Notes: a model not told the origin generated them from the sequence alone. Shown: positions 49,519-62,721, counted from the whole stretch's first letter. The stretch is 63,971 nt of DNA, filler included, from Octopus bimaculoides (GCF_001194135.2; 11 parts of 9 records of this genome joined end to end with filler, not necessarily neighbours in it), one strand, 5' to 3'. Numbers and translations: made by a program.

Positions 49519-49586
<68 letters not shown>

Positions 49587-49781
49587 NNNNNNNNNNNNNN
49601 NNNNNNNNNNNNNNNNNNNNNNNNNNNNNNNNNNNNNNNNNNNNNNNNNNNNNNNNNNNNNNNNNNNNNNNNNNNNNNNNNNNNNNNNNNNNNNNNNNNN
49701 NNNNNNNNNNNNNNNNNNNNNNNNNNNNNNNNNNNNNNNNNNNNNNNNNNNNNNNNNNATATATATATATATATATACCCT

Positions 49782-49932
49782 ATAGGCTTCTTTCAGTTTC
49801 CGTCTACCAGTTCCACTCCCAAGGCTTTGATCGGCTTGGGGGTATAGTAAGAAACGTTCACGCTGTCACGTGATGGGACTGAACCAGGAACCTTTTGGTT
49901 GTGAAGCAATCCTCCTTCGACACAGCCATGCC
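49782..49932 (-). mobile_element. SINE family A, 5' half
   Basis: Reverse complement of head and CORE-like segment. Confidence 0.8.
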
Positions 49933-50504
49933 TGTCTGAATTCTATTTATACTATGGTGTTGTTTCTAACCCTTCGTATTATTTTCTTCTGTATGTTGGT
50001 ATGTTTATGTTGTTTGGTGCGATAGTTTGTTGCATTTTATATTTTCTGGCGGTGTTCGTAAAGAATGATGACAATGGATTTGGTGGTGTTTTGGAGATAG
50101 GCTTTTAAGTGTTTTATGAGGGTTGGATTAGCTGTATCGTTAAATAAAGCGGAGAATGTAAGCAGAGATCGAGTATTGTGTAATATGCATATATATATAT
50201 ATCTGTGTATCTGCTCTAAAGAGGTGTGGGATAATAATGCAAGTATATTTTAAAGTGAGTGGGTGAGAGAACGGATACTTCTGGTACTCGTTTTAGAAAA
50301 CTGGAATTTCTGGAAGAAAAATTCTTTTTTTTTTTTTTACATTTGATACGCTTCGGGATGAACCGGATAGTTTGACAGATATCACTTGCTGTTGCTTTCT
50401 AAGGTGTTTTGTATTTTGTGTATAAGAGAATGACTGGAAGCTGGAAAGTTTGCTGCTGCCGATGGTAATTAAACTGGTGCGTGTGAGGTCTTGCTGCTGT
50501 AGCC

Positions 50505-50652
50505 GCTATATACACATGATGGGCTTCTTGCAGTTTCCGTCTCAAAGCTTTGATCAGCTTGCGGGTATAGTAGAAAACGTTCAAGCTGTCACGCAATGGA
50601 ACTGAACCAGGAATCTTATGGTTGTGAAGCAAAATGCTTTCGACACAGCCAT
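50505..50652 (-). mobile_element. SINE family A, 5' half (local duplicate of 49782-49932)
   Basis: Shares private substitutions and flank with the previous copy. Confidence 0.75.
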
Positions 50653-50892
50653 ACCTGTCTGAATTATGTTTATATTATAATATTGTATCTAACCCCCAGT
50701 ATTATTTCCTTCGCTGTGTATCATTTGTGTTACTTTTGTGAAGAGTCTGGACATAGTTATCTGAATGTAAATCTATGTGGTGATTTAGAGATGGGAGACG
50801 TCTTTAATCGACGGGAATCCAGACACTATTCTCAAAAGAGATTTTCTACTGTTGGACGGACGTTCAGGACTCTTACACATATATACTCTTTC

Positions 50893-51105
50893 TGTTTTAC
50901 TCTTTAACTTGTTTCAGTCATTTAACTGTGGCCATGCTGGAGCACTGCCTTTAGTCGAACAAATCGACCCCAGGACTTATTCTTCGGAAGCATAGTACTT
51001 ATTCTATCAGTCTCTTTTGCCGAACCGCTAAGTTACGGGGATGTAAACACACCAGCATCGGTTGTCAAGCGATGTTGGGGGGACAAACACAGACACACAA
51101 CACAA

Positions 51106-51162
<57 letters not shown>

Positions 51163-51322
51163 TACGACGGGCTTCTTTTAGTTTCTGTCTACCAAATCCA
51201 CTCACAAGGCTTTTGTTGGCCCGAGGCTATAGTAGAAGACACTTGCCCAAGGTGCCACACAGTGGGACTGAACTCGGAACCATGTGGTTGGTAAGCAAGG
51301 TACTTACCACACAGCCACTCCT
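50893..51322 (-). mobile_element. SINE family A, complete, young
   Basis: Closest to the apparent consensus; internal (CA)n(TA)n at 51095-51165. Confidence 0.95.
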
Positions 51323-51499
51323 GCGCCTATAGCCACTGCTATTGACATTTTTATTATGTATGGATGTAGTACACGAATTATTACTTATCTGTACGCTTGT
51401 ATCTAAACAAAAGTGAAATATTTTCCCCATCTAATTTGTGTTTTGTGTTGAATAATGAATTTAAGGATAGGATTATTTTATCGAGTCTTAATTAAGCTT

Positions 51500-52320
51500 A
51501 TCAGCCTGGTCCAGTTTCTCTTTCACGACAAATATTTCTTTAAATTACCGGTGTAGTTTGGATCTGGTATTACCTGTTTCTCAACGTTTCCCATGTAGAA
51601 CGTTTCATAAATGAGCTTGAATTATCTCACGGTTATTCTGCCTTCCGATTATATAGATTTGTTTACGGGCAACAGAAGGGGATCCAAGCTGTGCAGTTTA
51701 TTTTAAGCAAGTGTTCTTTTTGTCTCACTATTTGGGATTTTCATAAATCTTCAAATTTAAATTAGAAATGAGATAGATCATTAGATAAATTATATTTGTT
51801 TTTAGATGCTGTGTCTTATAACATGGAGTATCACAATGATTCTGTTACAAAGGATTATGTTAAGGGCACAAATGCTCATGGAGTACTCAGTCACTTACAT
51901 ACAACTTCCACTTACAATTGAAACCGTAACGAAATCCGCCATAATCGTATGATTTTCCTTATAATTTTAACAAATAACATCCACAGATCTTCGTAAGATA
52001 ACCACTTATGATTTCTCTTGTAAGATATTATCTGCTGGGTGTTTTTTTGTTTTATTGATTGAACTGTTGTTAGAACCTTATTGTTATTAAACAAGTCATC
52101 TATGTTTTGGTAGCCTTGAGGCTATCTTAGTGTTTTTGAAATTCAGATGTTGATTTTGGTCAGTTTCGTATTTCGCTGGAGGCTGTTGTTACATCATGTA
52201 TGCTGTGTAAAGTATTTTAGAAACAAATTAGGGACTTTATCAGTTTTGTGAGCCTTCCAATTGCTGGCAGTCCTGATATATTGATGTTTATGCTGAACCA
52301 TGCCTATGGTTGTTATTTTA
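51500..52320 (-). mobile_element. Possible very old L1/Tx1-like ORF2 (APE region) relic
   Basis: A-rich minus strand with eroded motifs (ININISGL, IMADF, DLSHF, IYETFY) in plausible order. Confidence 0.3.
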
Positions 52321-52940
52321 TTATTGGATTCCTTTTTCTTATCTATTTTGTATCTTTACTGGGATCTAAATTTCGACTCACGATGCTCTCTCAATATTTT
52401 ATTTACTTTTGCTGTTGATGCATTTGTCTGTAATATGCGTTTTTCGTGCTTTGTTATTGTTGTTGCGGTTGTTGTTATGGCTTTTATGGTCGTTTCAAAT
52501 GCTTCCTTCATTCACACGAAACCTTAACTTATTTTTTCTGTTCTCAACAAAATAGTTTCCGAATAAAGATTTAACATAATTCTTTCTTACTATTTTCTGT
52601 CATGTATATTATATATATTTCACATTATTTTCTTTTTCTTATTGTTATGCATCTGTAGATTGGAGAACAACAGTTTTGCGAGGCCTCGTGCCTTTGATGG
52701 TCAAAGTAATCTTCGATCTGTGTGGTTCTTTGTTGGCCCTAGCTGGTGGTTCTCCTACATAAGGAGGGTTGCATCATTAATGCTTTCTCATACTGTGAAT
52801 ATTATGTATATTTTTGTGTCATTTCACCGTATTTTACCTTTCTTTCCACTCATCTTTTTATGTGAACTCTCACACAAATTATTCATTGTCCTTCGGATGT
52901 CCCCGCCATCCATACCGTTGTGGCAAATAAAAGAAATTCT

Positions 52941-53330
52941 TTTTCTTCTTCTTCTTCTTCTTCTTCTTCTTCTTCTTCTTCTTCTTCTTCTTCTTCTTCT
53001 TCTTCTCCTCCTCCTCCTCCTCCTCCTTCTTCTTCTTCTTCTCTTCTTCTCCTCCTCCTCCTCCTCCTTCTTCTTCTTCTTCTCTTCTTCTCCTCCTCCT
53101 CCTCCTCCTCCTCCCCTCCCTCCCTACCTCCTCNNNNNNNNNNNNNNNNNNNNNNNNNNNNNNNNNNNNNNNNNNNNNNNNNNNNNNNNNNNNNNNNNNN
53201 NNNNNNNNNNNNNNNNNNNNNNNNNNNNNNNNNNNNNNNNNNNNNNCTCCTCCTCCTCCTCCTCCTCCTTCTTCTTCTTCTTCTTCTTCTTCTTCTTCTT
53301 CTTCTTCTTCTTCTTCTTCTTCTTCTTCTT
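52941..53330. repeat. (TTC)n/(TCC)n compound microsatellite with gap
   Basis: Direct reading. Confidence 0.97.
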
Positions 53331-54411
53331 GTTGCTGTTGTGGATGTTGTTGTTTTGAGTAGTAGATTAAAGGTTGGCTACTAAAACATTTACAAGTCAT
53401 GATTACAGAGTAATTTAGATTATTTATCACATCAATGTTCATCATTTCTTTTTTTTTTCCGTAGAAATTATACCTGGGAAAACTTGATTGTATTTAGTTG
53501 ATATTTTCCAATGATATTTCTATATTCATTGATTAGAAAGTGGCCACCATTATTCCACAACGATTACATTTTTGCAATCGCTTTTGTGTGTGTTCTTTGT
53601 CTTCGCTTTACCTCGTCATTAACTCTCCTTCTTGAGGGAATGTTTCTTTGCTAATGTACAAAGTTATATGAAGGAAAACAGAACGGGTCAAGAGTGAGAG
53701 CAAAGATAAAGCGATCTTCATTTAATGCAAAAGAAGAAGTGATGGCAGCAATTAGCATTAGTTTTATGGAATTGGCTTCACAGCTCACTCAGTTAACAGA
53801 ACACCTTGTTAAGAACGGAAATACTTGGACATAACAACATTACTAGTGTTTGTCACTGCTAGAAGAAAGATAACTAAATCGCTATATCGGCAGTCGATGA
53901 TGATAGGCTACTTCAGGAAATTCCTGCATACGCTCATGCATATATGTGTATCTATGTACATATTTATGTAAAAATGTATGTATGTATGAATGTAAGTATG
54001 CCTGTATGTATGTAGCTAGCTAGGTAGGTAGGTAGGTAGGTAGGTAGACAGGTAGGTAGACAGGTAGGTAGGTAGGTAGGTAGGTAAGTAGGTAGGTAGG
54101 TAAGTGTATGTAGACACGAATATATGTATGCATGTATATATGTACGACGCTTGCATGTGTACTTATATGCATGTATTAAAACACAGATGCTGTTGCGTGT
54201 ATGTCACTGTATTTTTTGTCTTAAGTATGTGCATGCTTGGATATGTGTACATGCGATTGTTACAACACCCAACAGAAGAAAAGCTTTAGGGAAATACCCC
54301 CAGCATACCATCAACCATTCGAGAGCAAAAGACATGAAATGTTTGTCGCTGCTACCAAAGCATCCTTGTGTGGATCTCGAGCCATGAAAGTGCTCACATC
54401 GGACGATCCAT

Positions 54412-54570
54412 AGGAGTGGCTGTGTGGTAAGTAGCTTGCTTACCAACCACATGGTTCCGGGTTCAGTCCCACTGCGTGGCACCTTGGGCAAGTGTTTTCT
54501 ACTTAGGCCGACCAAAGCCTTGTGAGTGGATTTGGTAGACGGAAACTGAAAGAAGCCCGCCGTATATATC

Positions 54571-54609
<39 letters not shown>

Positions 54610-54721
54610 GTTTGTGTGTATNNNNNNNNNNNNNNNNNNNNNNNNNNNNNNNNNNNNNNNNNNNNTTAATTAATTAANNNNNNNNNNNNNNNNNNNNNNN
54701 NNNNNNNNNNNNNNNNNNNNN

Positions 54722-54777
<56 letters not shown>

Positions 54778-54965
54778 GTTAATCTTGTCACTACACTTGA
54801 CAACTGGTATTGGTGTGTTATCCTCCCCATAACAGCATAAAGAGACCGGCAGAATAAGTACTAGAGTTTAAAAAGTCCTGGAGGCGATTTATTCGACTAA
54901 AACACCCTTCAAGGCAGCGCCCTAGCATGACCGCAGCCAAATGACTGAAAAGCAGTAAAAGATAA
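54412..54965 (+). mobile_element. SINE family A: 5' half, microsatellite, scaffold spacer, 3' half
   Basis: Head at 54412-54570 and tail at 54775-54965 in the same orientation either side of the spacer. Confidence 0.8.
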
Positions 54966-55152
54966 ACATATAAGTGTGAAAACATTCATAAATTGCGGAA
55001 TTTATACGAGTCACACTTGTATTACATAATTGCATTATCACACATTGGTAAATTTATCATGATAACTCATGCAACTTACATCCGTCCGCTGTTACTTCAA
55101 TCATAAAAATGTTTTATCAATCACAAAAATGTTCCAGCCAGGAAACTTTCAA

Positions 55153-55191
<39 letters not shown>

Positions 55192-55559
55192 NNNNNNNNN
55201 NNNNNNNNNNNNNNNNNNNNNNNNNNNNNNNNNNNNNNNNNNNNGTGTGTGTGTGTGTGTGTGTGTGGATTGGTCGCGAAAGCAAAGGCATCACCTATGA
55301 CCATTTTCAAAGCCTCCGAGATTGGTGACAGTGCGTGAGGGAGTTGTACGAAGGCCAGAAACACGGCTCGAATGCTTGCAACAGAATGAACTCCGCTAAA
55401 GACACCCAAATGGCAGGTGGTAGTGTTAAACCGAGTGACGAGTTAGACCTGTCTATTCTACGACAACTTAGTCATAATTTTCTATTATAATCTCATTCGC
55501 AGCTAAGAGACTTTGGGGGAAATATTAAAGCAATGCAGTGAAAACTAAACTGGCGCTTT

Positions 55560-55760
55560 ATTGTATTGGTAGGATTTGAACTCAGAATTAAAAGGCTTCG
55601 TAACTAAATGGGTTTAGTCGATTATATCGACCTCAGTAGAAAGTCGACCTCAGTAGAAAGTCGACCTCAGCAGAATTTGAACTCTGAACGTAAAACCAGA
55701 AGAAATACTGCGAAGCATTCTGTCAGACGTAGTAACGATTTTCCCAGTCCGCTGCCTTCG
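55560..55760 (-). mobile_element. SINE family B with an internal 17-bp unit triplicated
   Basis: tcgacctcagtagaaag x2 plus tcgacctcagcagaa at 55627-55675. Confidence 0.75.
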
Positions 55761-55784
55761 CCTTTCTTTTACAAGCACGAGGTC

Positions 55785-55950
55785 AGGAGTGGCTGTGTAG
55801 TAAGTAGCTTGCTTACCAACCACATGGTTCCGGGTTCAGTGCCACTGCGTAGCACCTTGGGCAAGTGTCTTCTACTATAGCCTCGGACCGACCAAAGCCT
55901 TGTGAGTAGATTTGGTAGACGGAAACTGAAAGAAGCTCGTCGTATATATG
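55785..55950 (+). mobile_element. SINE family A, 5' half, cut by a spacer
   Basis: aggagtggctgtgtagtaagtagcttgc..gaaactgaaagaagctcgtcgtatata. Confidence 0.92.
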
Positions 55951-57131
55951 TATATATGNNNNNNNNNNNNNNNNNNNNNNNNNNNNNNNNNNNNNNNNNN
56001 NNTTAATTAATTAANNNNNNNNNNNNNNNNNNNNNNNNNNNNNNNNNNNNNNNNNNNNATGTATGTATGTATGTATGTATGTATGTATGTATGTGTGTGT
56101 ATCTATATATATATACATGTATGTGTATATATATATATATATATATATGTTATTCCTATATATATATATACTCTGCCCACTACTTTCTTCTTCAAACAAA
56201 TAGACAAAACCACCACCGTCATGATCAGTCCCTTGACGAATATATCTTCGCTGGCACACCAGCTAGTGACGTAAATACGTACGTAACTTTACATCTCAAT
56301 ACATAAATCAATGAATAGTTCAGTGTCACACACGCGCGCGCTGCACACAAACACACATTATTGCTTGTATATGATAAGCAGGCATTTGATTTGCCGATAG
56401 ATCGTCTGCTCGTAGGCAATTGAGCAGTTATTCCAAATGAAAACACTATTCCACAATTTAGAATCCTTATCTGTGAGATTACAGATTGGCGCGCATTTAG
56501 TTGGCTAGATTGCGTAAATGAAGAAATACATTTTTAATGTTGTGGCCATTGCTGTTCAATAACCTATGGCTCTGTTTCGTATTGCATACAATATTTTGAA
56601 GAATGAATAGCAAATCTCTCCATCTATTCCCTACTCCATCTTTCTATCAGTCTATCTATCTGCCTGTCTATCTATCTGCCTGTCTATCTATCTGTCTGTC
56701 TATTTGTATATATGCATGTATGTATGTAAGTATGCATGCATATATGTATGTATGTATGTATGTGTGTATGCGCGCATGTATGTGTATATATACATACATA
56801 TATATACACACACATATGTATATATACATGCATACATATATGTATGTATGCATGCATGTGTGCATGAATGTATTATGTATGAATGTATGTATGCATGTAT
56901 GTATGTATGTATGTATGTATGTATGTATGTATAAAAGAAAAAACACAAATGGGTTAACGTTCACTACATCTGTTTCAGACGTGTTTACTATCAATGAATT
57001 ATTCGACTTATTCATAAAAACGAAAAAAGAAAAACTGTTTTTTTCAGGTGGATTAAAAATTAAAAATTTGGTTCGGAAAAAATACCAAGATGTAGAAGTA
57101 TATATGTTCCCTGCCCCCTCACACACGTAAG

Positions 57132-57285
57132 CAGGCGTGGCTGTGCGGTAAGAAGCTTGCTTCCCAACCATATGGTTCTTGGTTGAGCGCCATCGCGTGG
57201 CACCTTGGGAAAATGTCTTCTACTATGGCTTCGGGGCATACAAAGCCTTGTGAGCAGATTAGGCGGACGGAAACTGAAAGAATTC
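57132..57285 (+). mobile_element. SINE family A, 5' half
   Basis: aggcgtggctgtgcggtaagaagcttgcttcccaacc..ggaaactgaaagaa. Confidence 0.88.
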
Positions 57286-57296
57286 CATATATATGT

Positions 57297-57336
57297 ATTT
57301 CTGTTGAAGAGCGTAGCTCGAAACGTCAAAGACTTT
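57297..57336 (+). ncRNA. Minimal hammerhead-like core, family H copy 3 (best preserved; GUC site)
   Basis: UUU-CUGUUGA-A-GAGC GUA GCUC-GAAA-CGU-C-AAAG; cut by a spacer. Confidence 0.5.
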
Positions 57337-57459
57337 NNNNNNNNNNNNNNNNNNNNNNNNNNNNNNNNNNNNNNNNNNNNTTAATTAATTAANNNNNNNN
57401 NNNNNNNNNNNNNNNNNNNNNNNNNNNNNNNNNNNNTGTGTGCACATGTGTTTATGTGC

Positions 57460-57490
<31 letters not shown>

Positions 57491-57998
57491 CACATACATA
57501 TATACATATATACTGAAGCTTCTTCAGCTCTTTTCAGTAGAAGGTCCATGTCTTGCAAGTGTAGAGCAAAAATGGAGATGACAAAACTGCAGAACACCAG
57601 GAATCATCGGTCAATAAATTAAGCATTGCTAATTGGCTGAACGGTGGATTAAACCACGATTGCTAAAGGATTACTGACGTATCAAATTCATTTTCAGAAC
57701 GATAAAAAGCTTCATTAAGATAATCAAAAAACATTTTGAAAATATTTTCATTTTGAAATAAACTAACCCATTCCTTGGTACGTCTGGAAGGGATTATAAA
57801 GATTCCATTGAAGTTAGTTCTGCCATTCCGAATTCCAAGATGGATAAATTAAAGAACCAGTAATCGATTGGGATAGATTTAACTGGTTAACCCCCTTCCA
57901 CTAAATTTTATTACCTTGTGACAGTTAAAAATTATTATTATTATTTATACTATTATTATAACATAATAATATATGAATAATAATATATTATTATATAA

Positions 57999-58034
<36 letters not shown>

Positions 58035-58341
58035 CGTTATTGTTATACTGAAACCAGTGGTATTGAATTATTGACTATATGTGTATGTATACATATAAGC
58101 ATGCATGTGTTTGCGTGTGTGTGTGTATGCATGGAAAAGTATAGCCATAAAATTATATATATATATATATATATTATATNNNNNNNNNNNNNNNNNNNNN
58201 NNNNNNNNNNNNNNNNNNNNNNNNNNNNNNNNNNNNNNNNNNNNNNNNNNNNNNNNNNNNNNNNNNNNNNNNNNNNNNNTATATATATATATACATACAT
58301 ATATATATACATACAAACACACACATGTCTACATATGTATG

Positions 58342-58372
<31 letters not shown>

Positions 58373-58567
58373 ATGCATACACACACACACGCACACACAC
58401 TTATGATGTCTCTACAGCCTGTAATTAAGACTCCAATCTGATCGTTATCTCAGCTACTCAGCACATTTCCTCGCTTTTTGTCCCATGTCACACCTTCAAC
58501 ATTACTGAAAATGTCTTCACATTTCATACACTCACACATATGATCTCTCTCTCTCTTTCTCTCTCCG

Positions 58568-58618
<51 letters not shown>

Positions 58619-58770
58619 CTCTCTCTCTCTTTCACACACAGAAGTATGTGTGTGTGTATGCATGTTTCTGTATATATTACATATATATATGTATGTATAT
58701 ATGCATATACACACACACACATGTACACGAATATGTGTGCATGAACATATATGTATAAATACATACATAC

Positions 58771-58805
<35 letters not shown>

Positions 58806-58951
58806 CACATCCACATGCATATATATATACATACACACATATATATATACTTATCTATATACATATATATATACATATATTTAGACATTTATATATGTAC
58901 ACACAGAGACATATACTCATATATACTCATATAGACATACATATATGTATT

Positions 58952-58983
<32 letters not shown>

Positions 58984-59753
58984 NNNNNNNNNNNNNNNNN
59001 NNNNNNNNNNNNNNNNNNNNNNNNNNNNNNNNNNNNNNNNNNNNNNNNNNNNNNNNNNNNNNNNNNNNNNNNNNNNNNNNNNNNNNNNNNNNNNNNNNNN
59101 NNNNNNNNNNNNNNNNNNNNNNNNNNNNNNNNNNNNNNNNNNNNNNNNNNNNNNNNNNNNNNNNNNNNNNNNNNNNNNNNNNNNNNNNNNNNNNNNNNNN
59201 NNNNNNNNNNNNNNNNNNNNNNNNNNNNNNNNNNNNNNNNNNNNNNNNNNNNNNNNNNNNNNNNNNNNNNNNNNNNNNNNNNNNNNNNNNNNNNNNNNNN
59301 NNNNNNNNNNNNNNNNNNNNNNNNNNNNNNNNNNNNNNNNNNNNNNNNNNNNNNNNNNNNNNNNNNNNNNNNNNNNNNNNNNNNNNNNNNNNNNNNNNNN
59401 NNNNNNNNNNNNNNNNNNNNNNNNNNNNNNNNNNNNNNNNNNNNNNNNNNNNNNNNNNNNNNNNNNNNNNNNNNNNNNNNNNNNNNNNNNNNNNNNNNNN
59501 NNNNNNNNNNNNNNNNNNNNNNNNNNNNNNNNNNNNNNNNNNNNNNNNNNNNNNNNNNNNNNNNNNNNNNNNNNNNNNNNNNNNNNNNNNNNNNNNNNNN
59601 NNNNNNNNNNNNNNNNNNNNNNNNNNNNNNNNNNNNNNNNNNNNNNNNNNNNNNNNNNNNNNNNNNNNNNNNNNNNNNNNNNNNNNNNNNNNNNNNNNNN
59701 NNNNNNNNNNNNNNNNNNNNNNNNNNNNNNNNNNNNNNNNNNNNNNNNNNNNN

Positions 59754-59797
<44 letters not shown>

Positions 59798-60654
59798 GAG
59801 AGAGAAAGAGAGGTACATAAACAGAAATATGTATGTGTGTGAGTGTATACACATTTACACACATACACACACGCACATATAAAGAATATAACATATACAC
59901 ACACTCACAAATATATATATGTCTTTATATACACGCAAATATTTCGATATGTATGTATATGTATGTAAATATGTATGTCTTTATATATACACACAAAAAC
60001 ACATTATCATCACCATGATCATTTAACATCTGTCTTCCATACTATACACACACACACACACATAGGCACACATTCCCACACCCATATATACACACACACG
60101 TACATACACAGTGACATGCATTGTGATTCATCCTTTTTCCGTCACCCTCAGTCTTTATCTTTGTTTGAAATCTGCCACTGGGATTAGAAACTCTGACCTC
60201 CTTCGATAGAATCAAAATCACATGTAAACGCACCCCTACCACCACCCTACACTCACGCACACACACACACACGCACACGCTGACACACAGACAGCGACGG
60301 CAAAAAACAAACAAAAAAGTTGAATGTATAAAGCGAACTAAAAAAAAAAAAACCATCATAAACAATAATGACAATAAATATAACAACACCAGCAACATTA
60401 TCAACGTCTATAACAATTAGAACAACAACAACAACAACAACAACAACAACGATTCAGGCGAGGAAGATAACGAGATCGACAACAACAACAAGAGTAACAT
60501 AACAATTACAATAACAACAATAAATATAACAACATTAACAGTATTGNNNNNNNNNNNNNNNNNNNNNNNNNNNNNNNNNNNNNNNNNNNNTTAATTAATT
60601 AANNNNNNNNNNNNNNNNNNNNNNNNNNNNNNNNNNNNNNNNNNNNGGAGGGTG

Positions 60655-60667
60655 AGAGAGAGAGAGG

Positions 60668-60707
<40 letters not shown>

Positions 60708-60708
60708 G

Positions 60709-60745
<37 letters not shown>

Positions 60746-60820
60746 GTAGATAGATAGATAGATAGATAGACAGACAGACATACGTACATACATACATACA
60801 TACATACATACATACATACC

Positions 60821-60850
<30 letters not shown>
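60655..60850. repeat. (GATA)n and (CATA)n arrays
   Basis: Direct reading. Confidence 0.97.
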
Positions 60851-60851
<1 letters not shown>

Positions 60852-61002
60852 GGTATTCATACATTTTCCAAGAGACATCAGTCAACACGTGATACAACGA
60901 ATGTTAGGAGACACACGAGCCAAGGTATCCATACCACTTTCGAAGCTAAATTCTTAACTTCACAGTGTCGTCTGCTTTTTAGAAGACGAAATATTAAATA
61001 AG

Positions 61003-61077
<75 letters not shown>

Positions 61078-61732
61078 AGAGAAGCAGATTTCTTTCGTAA
61101 CATCTAATGTCATGATTCAGTAAAGTAGACATAAATAACAAGGATATCTCCAGGAGTAGTTCCATCAAGTGTAGCAGACTCGTCGTCGTCGTCGTCGTTG
61201 TTGTTGTTGTTGTGGATTGATTAGGAAAAGCTGTGAATCCGACGTTTCCGGTAAGCTAATGAGAAATTAGCTACAACACCATTTGCTATTTTCAAATTGA
61301 TTTTTAACGAAGGCAGAGAGGAAGCTTACTGAAGCTGAGTGTGAAAGAGAAATGTAATAGAATAAGAGAATAATAAATTAATGAAATAATAAAATAAAAA
61401 GAATAATAGAATAATAGAATAATAGAATAACAGACAAGTAAAGTAATAACATACAAAAAGGAAATCTTTCTACCATAATGTTTTTAGCTGACAATGAAGC
61501 ACAATATATACCTACATACATACGCACGTACATACATACATATACATACATACATACATACATACAAGCACAGACAAACACATGCACACACATATATACA
61601 TATACATACATACATACATACATACATACACATACTCATTTGTATATATATTATGTATATATGTGTATACAAACGCACACATGTATAAATATAAAATTAT
61701 TTATATCTATGTATGCATGAATGTATCTATCT

Positions 61733-61776
<44 letters not shown>

Positions 61777-61845
61777 TATATATATATACATATATATATA
61801 CATATATATATATACATACATATATATATATACATATATATATAT

Positions 61846-61878
<33 letters not shown>

Positions 61879-61940
61879 CATACATATATATATATATNNN
61901 NNNNNNNNNNNNNNNNNNNNNNTATATATACATATATATA

Positions 61941-61987
<47 letters not shown>

Positions 61988-62479
61988 GTATGCGTATCTA
62001 CGCATAAATTTAGGTATGTGCATATATGTGTCTATACACACAGACACGTATACACACACACATGCACACATGCATGCACACACGCATGCACACACGCATG
62101 CATGCATACATAGATATATATACATACATAATTATGCACGTATGTATGTGAGAATGCTTGCGTTTGTTTTTATATACAGTTCTGTATTTATGTGTGTGCT
62201 TATGTTTCTTAAATTTCGTGTTGAAGTGACATTTTGTGGCTCAATCCGTCTAAACAGGCGTCTGAGCTTTTGTTGTTACTTAGCCCACGGTCAATCCCTA
62301 TCGAGTCGATTATGATCAAAGAAACTGCAGCTGCGACCCGTTGGGCCTTCCTTTATATTACGGTCGTAAAGTTGAAGGAAATTACAAACAAGAATCTTCA
62401 AATAAGAGCCTTGCAGAATACAAATAAGAACGCCATTAAAATTTTATAAAGAAACAAGCAATAATGCTTCAAATATGCA

Positions 62480-62665
62480 TCTTTTATCCTTCGTGGACTA
62501 CGGCCATGCTGGGGCAGCACTTTGGAGGGTTTTAGTTGAACAAATCGACCCCAAGTCTTGTACTTGTTCTTCCATTCTCTATTGCCGAACCACTACGTTA
62601 CTTGGACGTAAATATACCAACACCCGTTGTCAGGCGGTAGGGTTTGGGGAGTCACAATCAAAGAC
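62480..62665 (-). mobile_element. SINE family A, 3' half, diverged
   Basis: cggccatgctggggcagcactttggagggttttagttgaacaaatcgacccc.. Confidence 0.8.
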
Positions 62666-62688
62666 AGAAAAACACACACACACACAAT

Positions 62689-62721
<33 letters not shown>

